The notes under the pieces were generated by a model. That model made no database searches, had not been told where the DNA came from, and saw only the letters and a list, made by a program, of their open reading frames with translations. Of a stretch of DNA of 34,377 bases, positions 7,206 through 15,807 are shown piece after piece. The position numbers were made by a program, and so were the translations under genes. The stretch spans positions 1 through 34,377 of the forward strand of contig DAWL01000084.1 in NCBI GenBank assembly GCA_002505935.1. The letters run 5' to 3'. Each line of letters starts with the position of its first letter. Within the stretch, counting starts at the first letter, position 1. The stretch is from Euryarchaeota archaeon UBA226 (GTDB taxonomy: Archaea > Thermoplasmatota > Poseidoniia > Poseidoniales > Poseidoniaceae).

Positions 7206-9500
7206 TCACTCTTCTTCTAGAGTAATTGATCGTGATGGTTTAGCAGCAGTAGGCTCTCCACCTACTAGGCCGGAGAGTGAGAGTTCAAGCCCTTCTCCTT
7301 GGCCGGACAATTCGACATGGAGGAATGTCTTGCTTCCCGCTGCAAGGGTATCGAGAAACAATTCGTCTTCTCTGAATAGTAACTTGGGTTGGCAGCGAAG
7401 AATTTTCCAGTGTTCACCAGAACTGGATTCAAAGCGTATTGCAGCAACTTCCCATTCATCATTGATGATATTGATTCCCAAGAGGATTGGCGTACCAGAA
7501 CTCTTGCTAAGTTTGAGAGGTAATTTCCAAAGAACCAATTCGAGGTCATCTGTTCGATGTCTCAAATCAGGCTTACCCCACGTTTTGATACCAGTGTTCC
7601 ATTCTAAACTAGCTATGGTTCGTAAACTGGTTTTCAGGTCCAGTCTTGCTTGTTTGACTTCTCCTTTTGCTAGTAGTTCTCTCAAAATAATCAATCTTTC
7701 TTTATCTGCGGCCAAACGTTCTGCTTGGCGCGCATGTGCTCTGTAATTCCATAATACCATCACCATCGGCATCAATAGCAACATGCCAAGGAACCAAAGT
7801 AGTGCTTCGCTGACATCGAAGACGAAATCCTCGGCCTCAAACCACGGTTCTTCCCCTTCTTCAGTTTGTATGTATTCAACTTGTATCGTCCATGGAATTG
7901 GTGTTTGGTTGAAGTCTCCCCATGACCAATTCGCCAAAGAATCAGTGATTTGCAAGCTCTTTATTCTGATTAAGTGGAGCCCTGGCCCAATTTCGAGTGA
8001 GGCTTCAGTTTGTTCTTCCGTGCCCTTTGGTGTGGTAGTATTGGAAACAATACTACGATCACCCCAATCCATTTCGATAATTTCGGCGCTAACCAGTTCA
8101 TTGTCAGCAAACAACTTGACTCTGACCCTGAATCTACTCTCTTCCCAGCCTACCAGATTGATGAGGTATGTGTCACTTCCATCATAAATGGATGTAGTCA
8201 ACCATCCTGAGTAAGAGTCCCCATCTTCCATAGGAAGGTCGTAGAAATTCTCTACTGCTACGCTTTGATTCCAAGGAATATTCCCAGGCGCATCGCTTTG
8301 CATTCCATAATCGGAATAAGTTTGGCGACTTGTTTCTAAAGCCCAGATTAGGGCTTGATTTGAAGTGAAAGTAAAGCGAAATAGTTCTGTGCTTTCAAGG
8401 CTCCAGAATTGCATATTTTCCTGTTTGTTGATTACTTGATATAATTCAATCATAGGAGTCAAGGAGACCCAGATTCCATCAACTAGTGCCTCGCAAGTCA
8501 CATTCAACTCAGCAGTGCTTCTGAACACAAGATTCCATGCATTTAATCCACTTGCATTGATGATTAGAACATCTGTGTCATGATTGCCAAGAATCCCAGT
8601 ATTGTTTGCCATTCCTTCATCATCTAATTCTTGTACAGTATTGGCTTCCCCTGTGCTTGGCCAATCTCCACTTTCAGTATCTGAAGATGCAGAGTGGTGT
8701 GCTATTCTCGCAGTGAAACTAACTTCGCTTTGGCTGCTATTTGCTACCAACCAATACTTACCTTCGTCAAGTCCTATCCAGATTCTTTGTTCCGATGAAC
8801 CAGCTGAGGTATTGCTAGGGGTTGAAAGTTCTACAATCGAACTGTATTCACTATCGTTTGATTGAATTTCGAGACTTAACTCATCTGATGTGTGCAATAG
8901 AACCATTTCGATTAAATCACCTTGTTCTGCTTCAAATGGCCAATATATCTCGCCCGCTTCTTCTAGAGTAGCATTGAGCCATGTGGCATCGGGATCGGAG
9001 AGGTAATCGGGATTTTCTTTGAGGATGTTATTCTTATCTTCACTGCTTGCGAAATTCAAAGGTGCTGAATCCGCCCTATCCGATTGTCCATGCGATTCGC
9101 TCAGCGAATTAATTTCCGGAAGACTGGCTTGAAGATCGAGCTCAATGATTTCATCACCATTGTTTTTCATACTGATAGTAGTATTACCAGCAGGAATCAG
9201 AACTTGCATATGAGCGCTGGATGTCACAGTTGCAGAGTGAATGGTTTCGGATGAGTCAATCAATTCCATCTCGAGGCCTTGACAATTTCCTGAGCACAAT
9301 GCCTCAATCCAGAACCATCCCGATTGGGCTTCAAAAGAAAGGTTATGAATTTCTCCACTAACGAGTTGTAATGACTTGCTTTCAAGGACATCTTCCTGCG
9401 CATTTGCAGAGTTGGCCGAAGAAGATGTGGAGGTTGTAATCCCAAGCATGAGAACTGCAAGTAGAACGGCTACAATCCGTCCGTTCCCCGCTGCGGCCAT
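7206..9500 (-). CDS. large secreted, single-pass anchored envelope protein with a 178-aa cytoplasmic domain
   Basis: Signal peptide MAAAGNGRIVAVLLAVLMLGITTSTSSS. About 560-aa beta-rich acidic ectodomain with repeated D.D.Y-type modules (possibly pre-peptidase C-terminal-like). TM helix ALLWFLGMLLLMPMVMVLW, then RAHARQ and a 178-aa tail. Confidence 0.75.
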   Translation of the reverse strand: MAAAGNGRIVAVLLAVLMLGITTSTSSSANSANAQEDVLESKSLQLVSGEIHNLSFEAQSGWFWIEALCSGNCQGLEMELIDSSETIHSATVTSSAHMQVLIPAGNTTISMKNNGDEIIELDLQASLPEINSLSESHGQSDRADSAPLNFASSEDKNNILKENPDYLSDPDATWLNATLEEAGEIYWPFEAEQGDLIEMVLLHTSDELSLEIQSNDSEYSSIVELSTPSNTSAGSSEQRIWIGLDEGKYWLVANSSQSEVSFTARIAHHSASSDTESGDWPSTGEANTVQELDDEGMANNTGILGNHDTDVLIINASGLNAWNLVFRSTAELNVTCEALVDGIWVSLTPMIELYQVINKQENMQFWSLESTELFRFTFTSNQALIWALETSRQTYSDYGMQSDAPGNIPWNQSVAVENFYDLPMEDGDSYSGWLTTSIYDGSDTYLINLVGWEESRFRVRVKLFADNELVSAEIIEMDWGDRSIVSNTTTPKGTEEQTEASLEIGPGLHLIRIKSLQITDSLANWSWGDFNQTPIPWTIQVEYIQTEEGEEPWFEAEDFVFDVSEALLWFLGMLLLMPMVMVLWNYRAHARQAERLAADKERLIILRELLAKGEVKQARLDLKTSLRTIASLEWNTGIKTWGKPDLRHRTDDLELVLWKLPLKLSKSSGTPILLGINIINDEWEVAAIRFESSSGEHWKILRCQPKLLFREDELFLDTLAAGSKTFLHVELSGQGEGLELSLSGLVGGEPTAAKPSRSITLEEE

Positions 9501-9522
9501 GACTCTGCGTGGGGGAGTGGTC

Positions 9523-9529
9523 TTTCAAA
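9523..9529. promoter_or_regulatory. candidate TATA-like box in the 41-nt divergent spacer (764-aa gene / arcS)
   Basis: TTTCAAA reads TTTGAAA on the minus strand, 23-29 nt upstream of the ATG at 9500. The same element could serve arcS if its start is 9563. Confidence 0.3.
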
Positions 9530-9541
9530 TCATTCAAACCA

Positions 9542-11353
9542 ATGATTCGCATCGCTCGATTTATGGAAGCGCAGGTGATGGGTCAGACTTTATTGTCAAA
9601 CCATCGAATGGCTAGGATTATTGCACTAGGAGATCGAAAAAATCCTGCAGTCTTGACACCATGTATGATTGTGGGAAATGAAGATGCACTCCGGATTCCA
9701 GAGCAGATGGCTCCCTTCATCCATGAACAGGATAATTCAGAATTACCAGGTAGCCTGAGAATCCATTCTAGACTTCCTTTGGCTATACCGTTTGAAGGAA
9801 ATGGACCCGATTGGAGCATTAGATTACCACATGTATTGCCACCAAGCATGCAGGACGCGGATTACAAACAAGGCAGTAATGATGGTCCAATGTTGGTAGT
9901 TACTTGGCAGAAATTATGCCATGATCCGAAATTAGTCGATCCAGATTTGAAACCGCAGATTGTAGTCCTATTAGATGCTAGACAATTGGCAGAACATCCT
10001 GGAAGATTGGCTTCGGCCTTGCTTATTCTACGCAGCAGGTTTTCTTCATCGCTGATATGGTGTCCTGCAATTTCAGGTCCTGATAATCTCGCCCTGCTAA
10101 CATGGATGGGAGTAGATGTTCACGATATGGCAAGGACCATCCAATGTGAAGCCAATGAGCTATTGCTGACCTCTAGTGGTCCGCGCCATCCCGAAACTTC
10201 TCTGTCAGAAGAAGTGTCCCGAGATGCCCATGTCAGAATATGGCGTGAAGAATTGGCTAATGTAAAGCAGGCGATAAGAGAAGGACGACTTAGAGAATTG
10301 GTTGAACAGAGAGTTCTATCCAGCCCCAGAATGGTTGAGCACTTGCGTTATCATGACGCGATGGCGTGCGAAGAAAAGACTCATTCTACTCTATCGGTAG
10401 TAGTGCCCACTGGCCAAGCATTGCGGGCTCATTCCGCCTCTTCATTGAACGATCCAGAGGTTTTGGATTGGGTGAATTTCATGCGCCGGGATTATCTCCC
10501 GCCAGAGTCCCGAAAGGAAGTCTTGGTATTGTTGCCATGCAGTCAACGAAAACCGTACAGAGACAGTAGGTCTCATCGTCGCTTCCGAGAAGCCATGGGG
10601 AATACTTCGGCTCATGAAGTGATGGTTACTAGTCCTCTTGGATTAGTGCCTAGAGATGTAGAAATGATTTGGCCTGCAGCACATTATGATGTGCCAACAA
10701 CAGGCGAGTGGACGGAAGATGAGAAAGTCAGAATCAATGACGTCCTCTCTTCACTAATCGAGAGGTGCAACTATCGATTGATTGTCAACCACTCTGGATT
10801 GGAATTTGATTTTCTTAGTGGAATAGAAGTCATCAATACGCGTGCATCAGATTCTGCAACCTCGAAAGAGGCGTTGGAGAGACTTCGAGATGCGATGTCA
10901 CAGGCGTGTGAAAAGTATGATATTGGCCGCCAATCCAATTCACAGCGTTTACTTGAGGAATTCAAATCAGTTGCACGCCGACAAATGCGTAACGATTCAT
11001 GGATGAATGGTCTTGAAGTGGTTGGTAAACCACCCCAATGGAAACTTGCAAAATCTGGTGTTCAGATGGCTCAATGGCTTCCCGAACGTGGGTCTTTGTC
11101 ACTTACCAAGGCCGCATTACCACTATTGTTTGAGAATAATTCATTGCCCGCAATCGAATTGATTTCCGGTATTGAGTGGAAAGGAGATGTATTTTCTTCC
11201 AATCTTTTGAGATTTGATTCGGATATCAAGAAGGGAGGAGATTTGTTGGTTTTGCAGGATGGAGAACTGCGAGGAATGGCTAGAGCAAGCATCGCATCAT
11301 GGGCATGGCCTGACTCTCCTGGACGCCTCGCTAGAGGCCATCATCGTCTATGA
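9542..11353 (+). CDS. arcS: archaeosine synthase (tRNA preQ0-15 modifying, TGT-like plus PUA)
   Basis: Exact ArcS signature LPCSQRKPYRDSRSH (PC-X3-KPY-X2-S-X2-H). TGT-like segment IWCPAISGPDNLALLTWMGVDVHDMAR. C-terminal PUA-like GGDLLVLQDGELRGMARA. Start is uncertain (GTG 9509, ATG 9542, 9563 or 9608). Confidence 0.8.
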   Translation: MIRIARFMEAQVMGQTLLSNHRMARIIALGDRKNPAVLTPCMIVGNEDALRIPEQMAPFIHEQDNSELPGSLRIHSRLPLAIPFEGNGPDWSIRLPHVLPPSMQDADYKQGSNDGPMLVVTWQKLCHDPKLVDPDLKPQIVVLLDARQLAEHPGRLASALLILRSRFSSSLIWCPAISGPDNLALLTWMGVDVHDMARTIQCEANELLLTSSGPRHPETSLSEEVSRDAHVRIWREELANVKQAIREGRLRELVEQRVLSSPRMVEHLRYHDAMACEEKTHSTLSVVVPTGQALRAHSASSLNDPEVLDWVNFMRRDYLPPESRKEVLVLLPCSQRKPYRDSRSHRRFREAMGNTSAHEVMVTSPLGLVPRDVEMIWPAAHYDVPTTGEWTEDEKVRINDVLSSLIERCNYRLIVNHSGLEFDFLSGIEVINTRASDSATSKEALERLRDAMSQACEKYDIGRQSNSQRLLEEFKSVARRQMRNDSWMNGLEVVGKPPQWKLAKSGVQMAQWLPERGSLSLTKAALPLLFENNSLPAIELISGIEWKGDVFSSNLLRFDSDIKKGGDLLVLQDGELRGMARASIASWAWPDSPGRLARGHHRL

Positions 11354-11433
11354 TCTACAATTAATGCCACTCTTCACTAAACGATGTGGTTATGAAGGGG
11401 AAGTGGGTCGGCGGGTCGCTTGAGGTCTGTTTG

Positions 11434-11889
11434 ATGGCAAGGATGTACACTCACCGCAGGGGGAAGAGCGGTTCTTCCAAGGTTCATGGTCAGGATCTTC
11501 CTGAGTGGTCCAACACCGACAAGGATGAAGTCGAGAAACTGATTTTGTCGCTAAATGAAAATGGTCATTCAAATGCGGAGATTGGGACAATACTACGTGA
11601 TCAGCACGGAGTACCTGATTTGCGAAGAGTCATCGGTATGAGGATTTCAGCATTCTTGGCAGACAAGGGGAACGTTCCAACCTATCCTGAGGACATGATG
11701 AATTTAATGCGCAAAGCAGTTTCATTGATTGACCACCTGTCGAGCAACCGTAAGGATCTACATAACCGAAGGGCTTTGGAGTTGACCGAGTCCAAGATTC
11801 GTCGTTTGGCAAAATACTACCAATCGCACGGCCGTTTGGCTGCAGACTGGAAGTATAAGAGAGACCAAGCACGTCTGATGGTCGAGTGA
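11434..11889 (+). CDS. rps15: 30S ribosomal protein S15 (uS15, S15P/S13e)
   Basis: MARMYTHRRGKSGSSKV N-terminus typical of archaeal S15P, 151 aa. GAGGT lies 13 nt upstream of ATG 11434. Confidence 0.9.
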   Translation: MARMYTHRRGKSGSSKVHGQDLPEWSNTDKDEVEKLILSLNENGHSNAEIGTILRDQHGVPDLRRVIGMRISAFLADKGNVPTYPEDMMNLMRKAVSLIDHLSSNRKDLHNRRALELTESKIRRLAKYYQSHGRLAADWKYKRDQARLMVE

Positions 11890-11945
11890 ATTTTTCTACT
11901 CGCCTTTCACTTCAGTTTTCGTTCTTGTATTCACCTTATGTTGAA

Positions 11946-12830
11946 ATGCCTCGGGTATCTGCACGTAATGTTGGAATGCAGGCGTGGCATGATTCTGAAG
12001 AGTTCTCTGCAATCAGAGAGACCTTGCTAAATGTTCTGCCAATCTTTGAAGGTAAGGATACGTTGACTCTTGTCGCACCATGTAATCTTGGAGGAGTTCT
12101 TGCGGTTGCACATCTTGAGGCTGCATGTATCGATGCAGGTATTCCATACAGGCGAAAGTTCCTTGCTGGAGACGACAACTTACAATTCAATCCAGCGATA
12201 TTGGTTCAGGATTCAGAAGGAATCCCATCTAGCATATTCAAAGACGGTTGTTTGCGCTTAAATCCGATGGAGATGGAATTTGACCTCGGTAGTAGTGGGT
12301 TGCGCAGAAATGGTGTGATTGAGGAGGTGTGTCAGAGTGCCATTCTTGCTAGCATGGTGGCTTCGAACGGAGCATTGGTCAAGAGATTAAGACCTTGGGC
12401 ATTAGCAGGTTCATGGCTAAGAAACACCATGGATAACGCATTTGACGCTCAATATTCCAGAATCAAAGAGTTGTTGTCGCAAGAAGGAACAATCCGTTTG
12501 GTTCCAATGGTTGAGGTTGAAGATTGTGACCTTCTCTCCCTCTCTGGAATTTCTGAGAGCCTATTGCAGAGGATGAAGAGACATTGGCCAAAGATGGATT
12601 TGGCCCAAAGGTCCAGTGCTATGAGTGACCTGATGTTACCTGCCTTGGAGGCTGATTCACCATCTACTGCTAGAATTGAGGAATTGGGTTGGTTGCGAGT
12701 TTTGTCTGCTGATTGGAATAGTGACATGGCAACCATGCTTGGAAGGATTCAACGTGATTGGCCAAAGGATGGCCTAGGAGTACACTGTGCGCGACTTGTT
12801 GATCAATTGTTGAGCACTGGTAAATTGTGA
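11946..12830 (+). CDS. hypothetical protein, possibly a degenerate DHH/RecJ-Cdc45-like protein
   Basis: ORF 11886..12830 directly follows rps15, and the first ATG is at 11946. LTLVAPCNLGGVLAVAHLEAACIDAGIPY looks like DHH motif I-II with DxD/DADG replaced by NLGG. ILVQDSEG sits at the motif-II-like position. No DHH or GGGH motif is seen. Confidence 0.55.
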   Translation: MPRVSARNVGMQAWHDSEEFSAIRETLLNVLPIFEGKDTLTLVAPCNLGGVLAVAHLEAACIDAGIPYRRKFLAGDDNLQFNPAILVQDSEGIPSSIFKDGCLRLNPMEMEFDLGSSGLRRNGVIEEVCQSAILASMVASNGALVKRLRPWALAGSWLRNTMDNAFDAQYSRIKELLSQEGTIRLVPMVEVEDCDLLSLSGISESLLQRMKRHWPKMDLAQRSSAMSDLMLPALEADSPSTARIEELGWLRVLSADWNSDMATMLGRIQRDWPKDGLGVHCARLVDQLLSTGKL

Positions 12831-14858
12831 TCAACCGACAATCTTGAGGATTCTACCGCAGCCTCCACAAGGAAGTCTCAATGGTCTAACTTCGGAAACT
12901 ACTGGATTCACAGTTGTACATTTAGGACAAGCGATAGTTGGGACTTCAGGCATATCAGATGTATCCGGCACATCACTACCTAACCTGCGAGGTGTGATGA
13001 TGGTTGTTACCATCCACATCCCTCCAACTAAACCCATCAAAGCCCCAAGATTCTCCATTGGATAAGCGTACCAGTATGCCACGAAGACTAGAGGTATCAA
13101 TATGGATTCCAGGTAGAGAGGTTTGCGAGTCTTTCCACGACCCAAAATGAAGCAGGCTGAGAACATGACTAGGAGTAAGCCTGTGCAAATCAGGAATAAT
13201 GGTAAAGGTCCATGCAAGGGATTTGTTGAAGCCTTGATTTGCACGTCGAGTTTACTCCATTCCAGAATATCATCTATTTGGAAATTGAAAACCTCCTGCG
13301 TTAGGCGCCTTTCGTGATTGTATCCTAAATCTTCAGATGCTTTTTCATCGATTCCTATCAATGCTGATTGGCTATCGGTATATAGGCTGACAGACAGGCT
13401 GGCGGTTCTCCAATAAGTGTCGATTTGTGGTAGGATGAATTGTTCGATGAATAGGAAGTACTCGCCTTCGGATATGCTTTGGGTGGTACTAATGGAGAAA
13501 GATACTGGATTTCGTGAGACTGTCATATCATCATTCATACCTAACCTGACTTGGAAAGTGTGGAACTCATCAAATTCAACACCCCCTAGGAGTGCTTCAG
13601 GGTCTACTTGCAATGCTTCCTCCATGAACCAATTCATCAGTGCACCAGCAAGTAACTCATTGGTCATTTTCTCAATTTCATTATTGTCGATGACCTTGTC
13701 ATTGTACTGTTCTTCGCTGAAACCACCATCGAAGTCAGCCCATACCGAGTCCGAACTCAAGCCATCTGCTCCTTGATTTGTCAGACCCCAGCGCAACCAA
13801 TATGCCATGTCATCAGAGATACTAAGTTCGGTATTTCTGGTCAAAATCATACCATCTCCATCTTTCTGTAGGTCTGCATCAATACTGAATGTGATGCCAC
13901 TACCATGAGCAGTTCGCAAGGGTTCATCTTTGCTGTAGAATGTAGTGGACCCTCCTTCATCTTCGAGTTCAACTTCGAACTCACTAATCGCAGACCAAGT
14001 GCCAGTAGTTGGTTGTAAGGAATATTCTACTTCAACGGAAACCGTTCCTTTGTTGAAATTTTCAGGAGCAGTCCAAGACCATGTCGCCTTGACATCTTGT
14101 CCAGAAGGGGTTTTGACGGGATCAGCCCCGATTAGTTCTCCTTCTATTCGACATGATAACTCGCCATTTTCTACCAATTTTTGACCAAATCCAGAGCGAA
14201 GAATTGCTGGTAGATGTAGGGTTCTACCATCTACTAATGGGGCTTGTAGGTCTATGTCCAACAGAGGAAGGTTGCCGTTCAACCTACTATCGTATTCTGT
14301 ATCTCCCCATCGGAACTCGATACTTGCTCCAGTAGTAGGGACTACGAATACCATGCTGGATAGAATTAATTCTACAGATACTTCGTCACTACTGACCAAG
14401 GAACCTGAATCTACTTCGATATCTATGTCTAAAGTTCCGCTTCCACTAGGGACGTAGGCATCCTGTGCAGGGGTTTGTCCAGAATATGAATTAGGGCCTA
14501 TGTCTACCTTTGCGGTTGCATTGATTTGCACCCCGCCTGCGTTGGACACTTCATAGTGTATCGAGAAACGCCATGTTGTGGAATCATAATTCCCATGATA
14601 ACCCGGTTGAATCGACCATGTGCCAATGCTTTCCTCGCTAGGAATAGAAGTTGACAGGGATTTGCTTTGTTGGTCTCCCCGCTCATTATCAAACGGAGTT
14701 AGTCCATCAGCTGAAACCAGAAAGAGATCTACTGATTGGCTATCGCAGCATTCGCCTTCAGCAAGAACAGGTTTGATGAAAGGCAATGATGAGGCTATGG
14801 GGAGTATCATCAGCAAGGCGATGAAGACAGGGCGTAGACGCATACTCCTTGTCTCCAT
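12831..14858 (-). CDS. large secreted envelope protein with 3 C-terminal TM helices and a terminal zinc ribbon
   Basis: Signal peptide MRLRPVFIALLMILPIASSLP. About 540-aa ectodomain and three hydrophobic helices. C-terminal CPKCTTVNPVVSEVRPLRLPCGGCGRILK. Confidence 0.75.
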   Translation of the reverse strand: METRSMRLRPVFIALLMILPIASSLPFIKPVLAEGECCDSQSVDLFLVSADGLTPFDNERGDQQSKSLSTSIPSEESIGTWSIQPGYHGNYDSTTWRFSIHYEVSNAGGVQINATAKVDIGPNSYSGQTPAQDAYVPSGSGTLDIDIEVDSGSLVSSDEVSVELILSSMVFVVPTTGASIEFRWGDTEYDSRLNGNLPLLDIDLQAPLVDGRTLHLPAILRSGFGQKLVENGELSCRIEGELIGADPVKTPSGQDVKATWSWTAPENFNKGTVSVEVEYSLQPTTGTWSAISEFEVELEDEGGSTTFYSKDEPLRTAHGSGITFSIDADLQKDGDGMILTRNTELSISDDMAYWLRWGLTNQGADGLSSDSVWADFDGGFSEEQYNDKVIDNNEIEKMTNELLAGALMNWFMEEALQVDPEALLGGVEFDEFHTFQVRLGMNDDMTVSRNPVSFSISTTQSISEGEYFLFIEQFILPQIDTYWRTASLSVSLYTDSQSALIGIDEKASEDLGYNHERRLTQEVFNFQIDDILEWSKLDVQIKASTNPLHGPLPLFLICTGLLLVMFSACFILGRGKTRKPLYLESILIPLVFVAYWYAYPMENLGALMGLVGGMWMVTTIITPRRLGSDVPDTSDMPEVPTIACPKCTTVNPVVSEVRPLRLPCGGCGRILKIVG

Positions 14859-14881
14859 GCACGCTGTGTTGAAACCATACC

Positions 14882-14888
14882 TTTCAAA
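14882..14888 (-). promoter_or_regulatory. candidate TATA-like box for the 675-aa envelope gene
   Basis: Minus-strand TTTGAAA lies 24-30 nt upstream of ATG 14858. Confidence 0.3.
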
Positions 14889-14926
14889 CCAACGCCATTG
14901 CGGATAAGAAACAATGGATTACTGTT

Positions 14927-15310
14927 TCAAAGTGCTCTTTCCAAAACACTGCCCAATTCGCGCTCAAATAGAGTTACGAGTGCTTCAGATACTTCCTCGT
15001 GCAGGTCATCAGGCAATATCGACAGACCCAGTCGAGCAGCGGCTCTAGTAGCCTTTAATTCGGCATAAACAGACCTTGCCTTTGCGTTGAAGTAGTAGGT
15101 CAATGATTCTCGCAGTTCTTCTTTGAGTTCAGGGTCGTCATCGATTCTATTCTTGATGTGACTCTTCAATTCATCCTTTACTAGGTCCCTTACCGCTTCA
15201 AGCACTAGGTCCTCAGTCTGCATGAGGTCTCGCAATTGGTCTCGGACCGATCCGGTGAGGATTCTCTCAATCGCCATGAAATCCTGACGCAGCGGGTGTT
15301 TTTCAAACAT
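14927..15310 (-). CDS. hypothetical helical cytoplasmic protein
   Basis: 127-aa ORF, highly charged and predicted helical. No TM segment and no recognised motif. Lies upstream of and co-directional with the 675-aa gene. Confidence 0.55.
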   Translation of the reverse strand: MFEKHPLRQDFMAIERILTGSVRDQLRDLMQTEDLVLEAVRDLVKDELKSHIKNRIDDDPELKEELRESLTYYFNAKARSVYAELKATRAAARLGLSILPDDLHEEVSEALVTLFERELGSVLERAL

Positions 15311-15348
15311 TGCTTTGTCAATTTGCCACTCTTTGCTTAGTGGAATGG

Positions 15349-15355
15349 TTGAAAA
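15349..15355 (+). promoter_or_regulatory. candidate TATA-like box for the CBS gene, embedded in a 15-bp palindrome
   Basis: TTGAAAA lies 21-27 nt upstream of ATG 15376, inside ATGGTTgaaAACCAT (15345-15359). Confidence 0.3.
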
Positions 15356-15375
15356 CCATCAACCTACTGCGTGGT

Positions 15376-15807
15376 ATGAGTGAGCCCATGTCCGAAGTAC
15401 GAATTCGAGATTTAGTCCTAACAGATGAGCATGATACAGTTGACCTTGAAGAGAGCTTGGTTGATGCAGCAAAGAAGTTGTTGTCATTACCTCGTGGTAT
15501 TCTAGTCGCACTTGATGATGGTAAGGTAAAGGGAGTTCTGACAAGCATTCAGATTCTTGCTGCGGTTGCTGAGGGATCAGACATGTCTTCCGAGACATGT
15601 GGTTCTCACATCGATACCGACGTAATGGAGGTTGGACAAGATGATATCGTGTCTGAGATTGTTCAGACAATGAATGAGAGGCGCCCACACGCAGTCGTTG
15701 CAATTGATGATGATGGAAACTTCTCTGGATACTTCTCTCCTAATGATTACAGGCAAGCGATGGCTTTGGCTCAGAATAAGCCAGCTATCCAAGCATTGGA
15801 AGAATGA
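15376..15807 (+). CDS. CBS-domain pair protein
   Basis: Two CBS-like units: IRDLVLTDEHDTVDLEESLVDAAKKLL...ILVALDDGKVKGVLTSIQIL and DTDVMEVGQDDIVSEIVQTMNERRPHAVVAIDDDGNFSGYFSPNDY. ATG at 15376 is within ORF 15310..15807. Confidence 0.75.
   Translation: MSEPMSEVRIRDLVLTDEHDTVDLEESLVDAAKKLLSLPRGILVALDDGKVKGVLTSIQILAAVAEGSDMSSETCGSHIDTDVMEVGQDDIVSEIVQTMNERRPHAVVAIDDDGNFSGYFSPNDYRQAMALAQNKPAIQALEE

Noticed and set aside
7174-7746. 190-aa plus-strand ORF
   Set aside because: It overlaps the dnaJ 3-prime end and lies antisense to the cytoplasmic domain of the 764-aa gene. It is Ser/Arg-rich and has no motif, so it is a shadow ORF.
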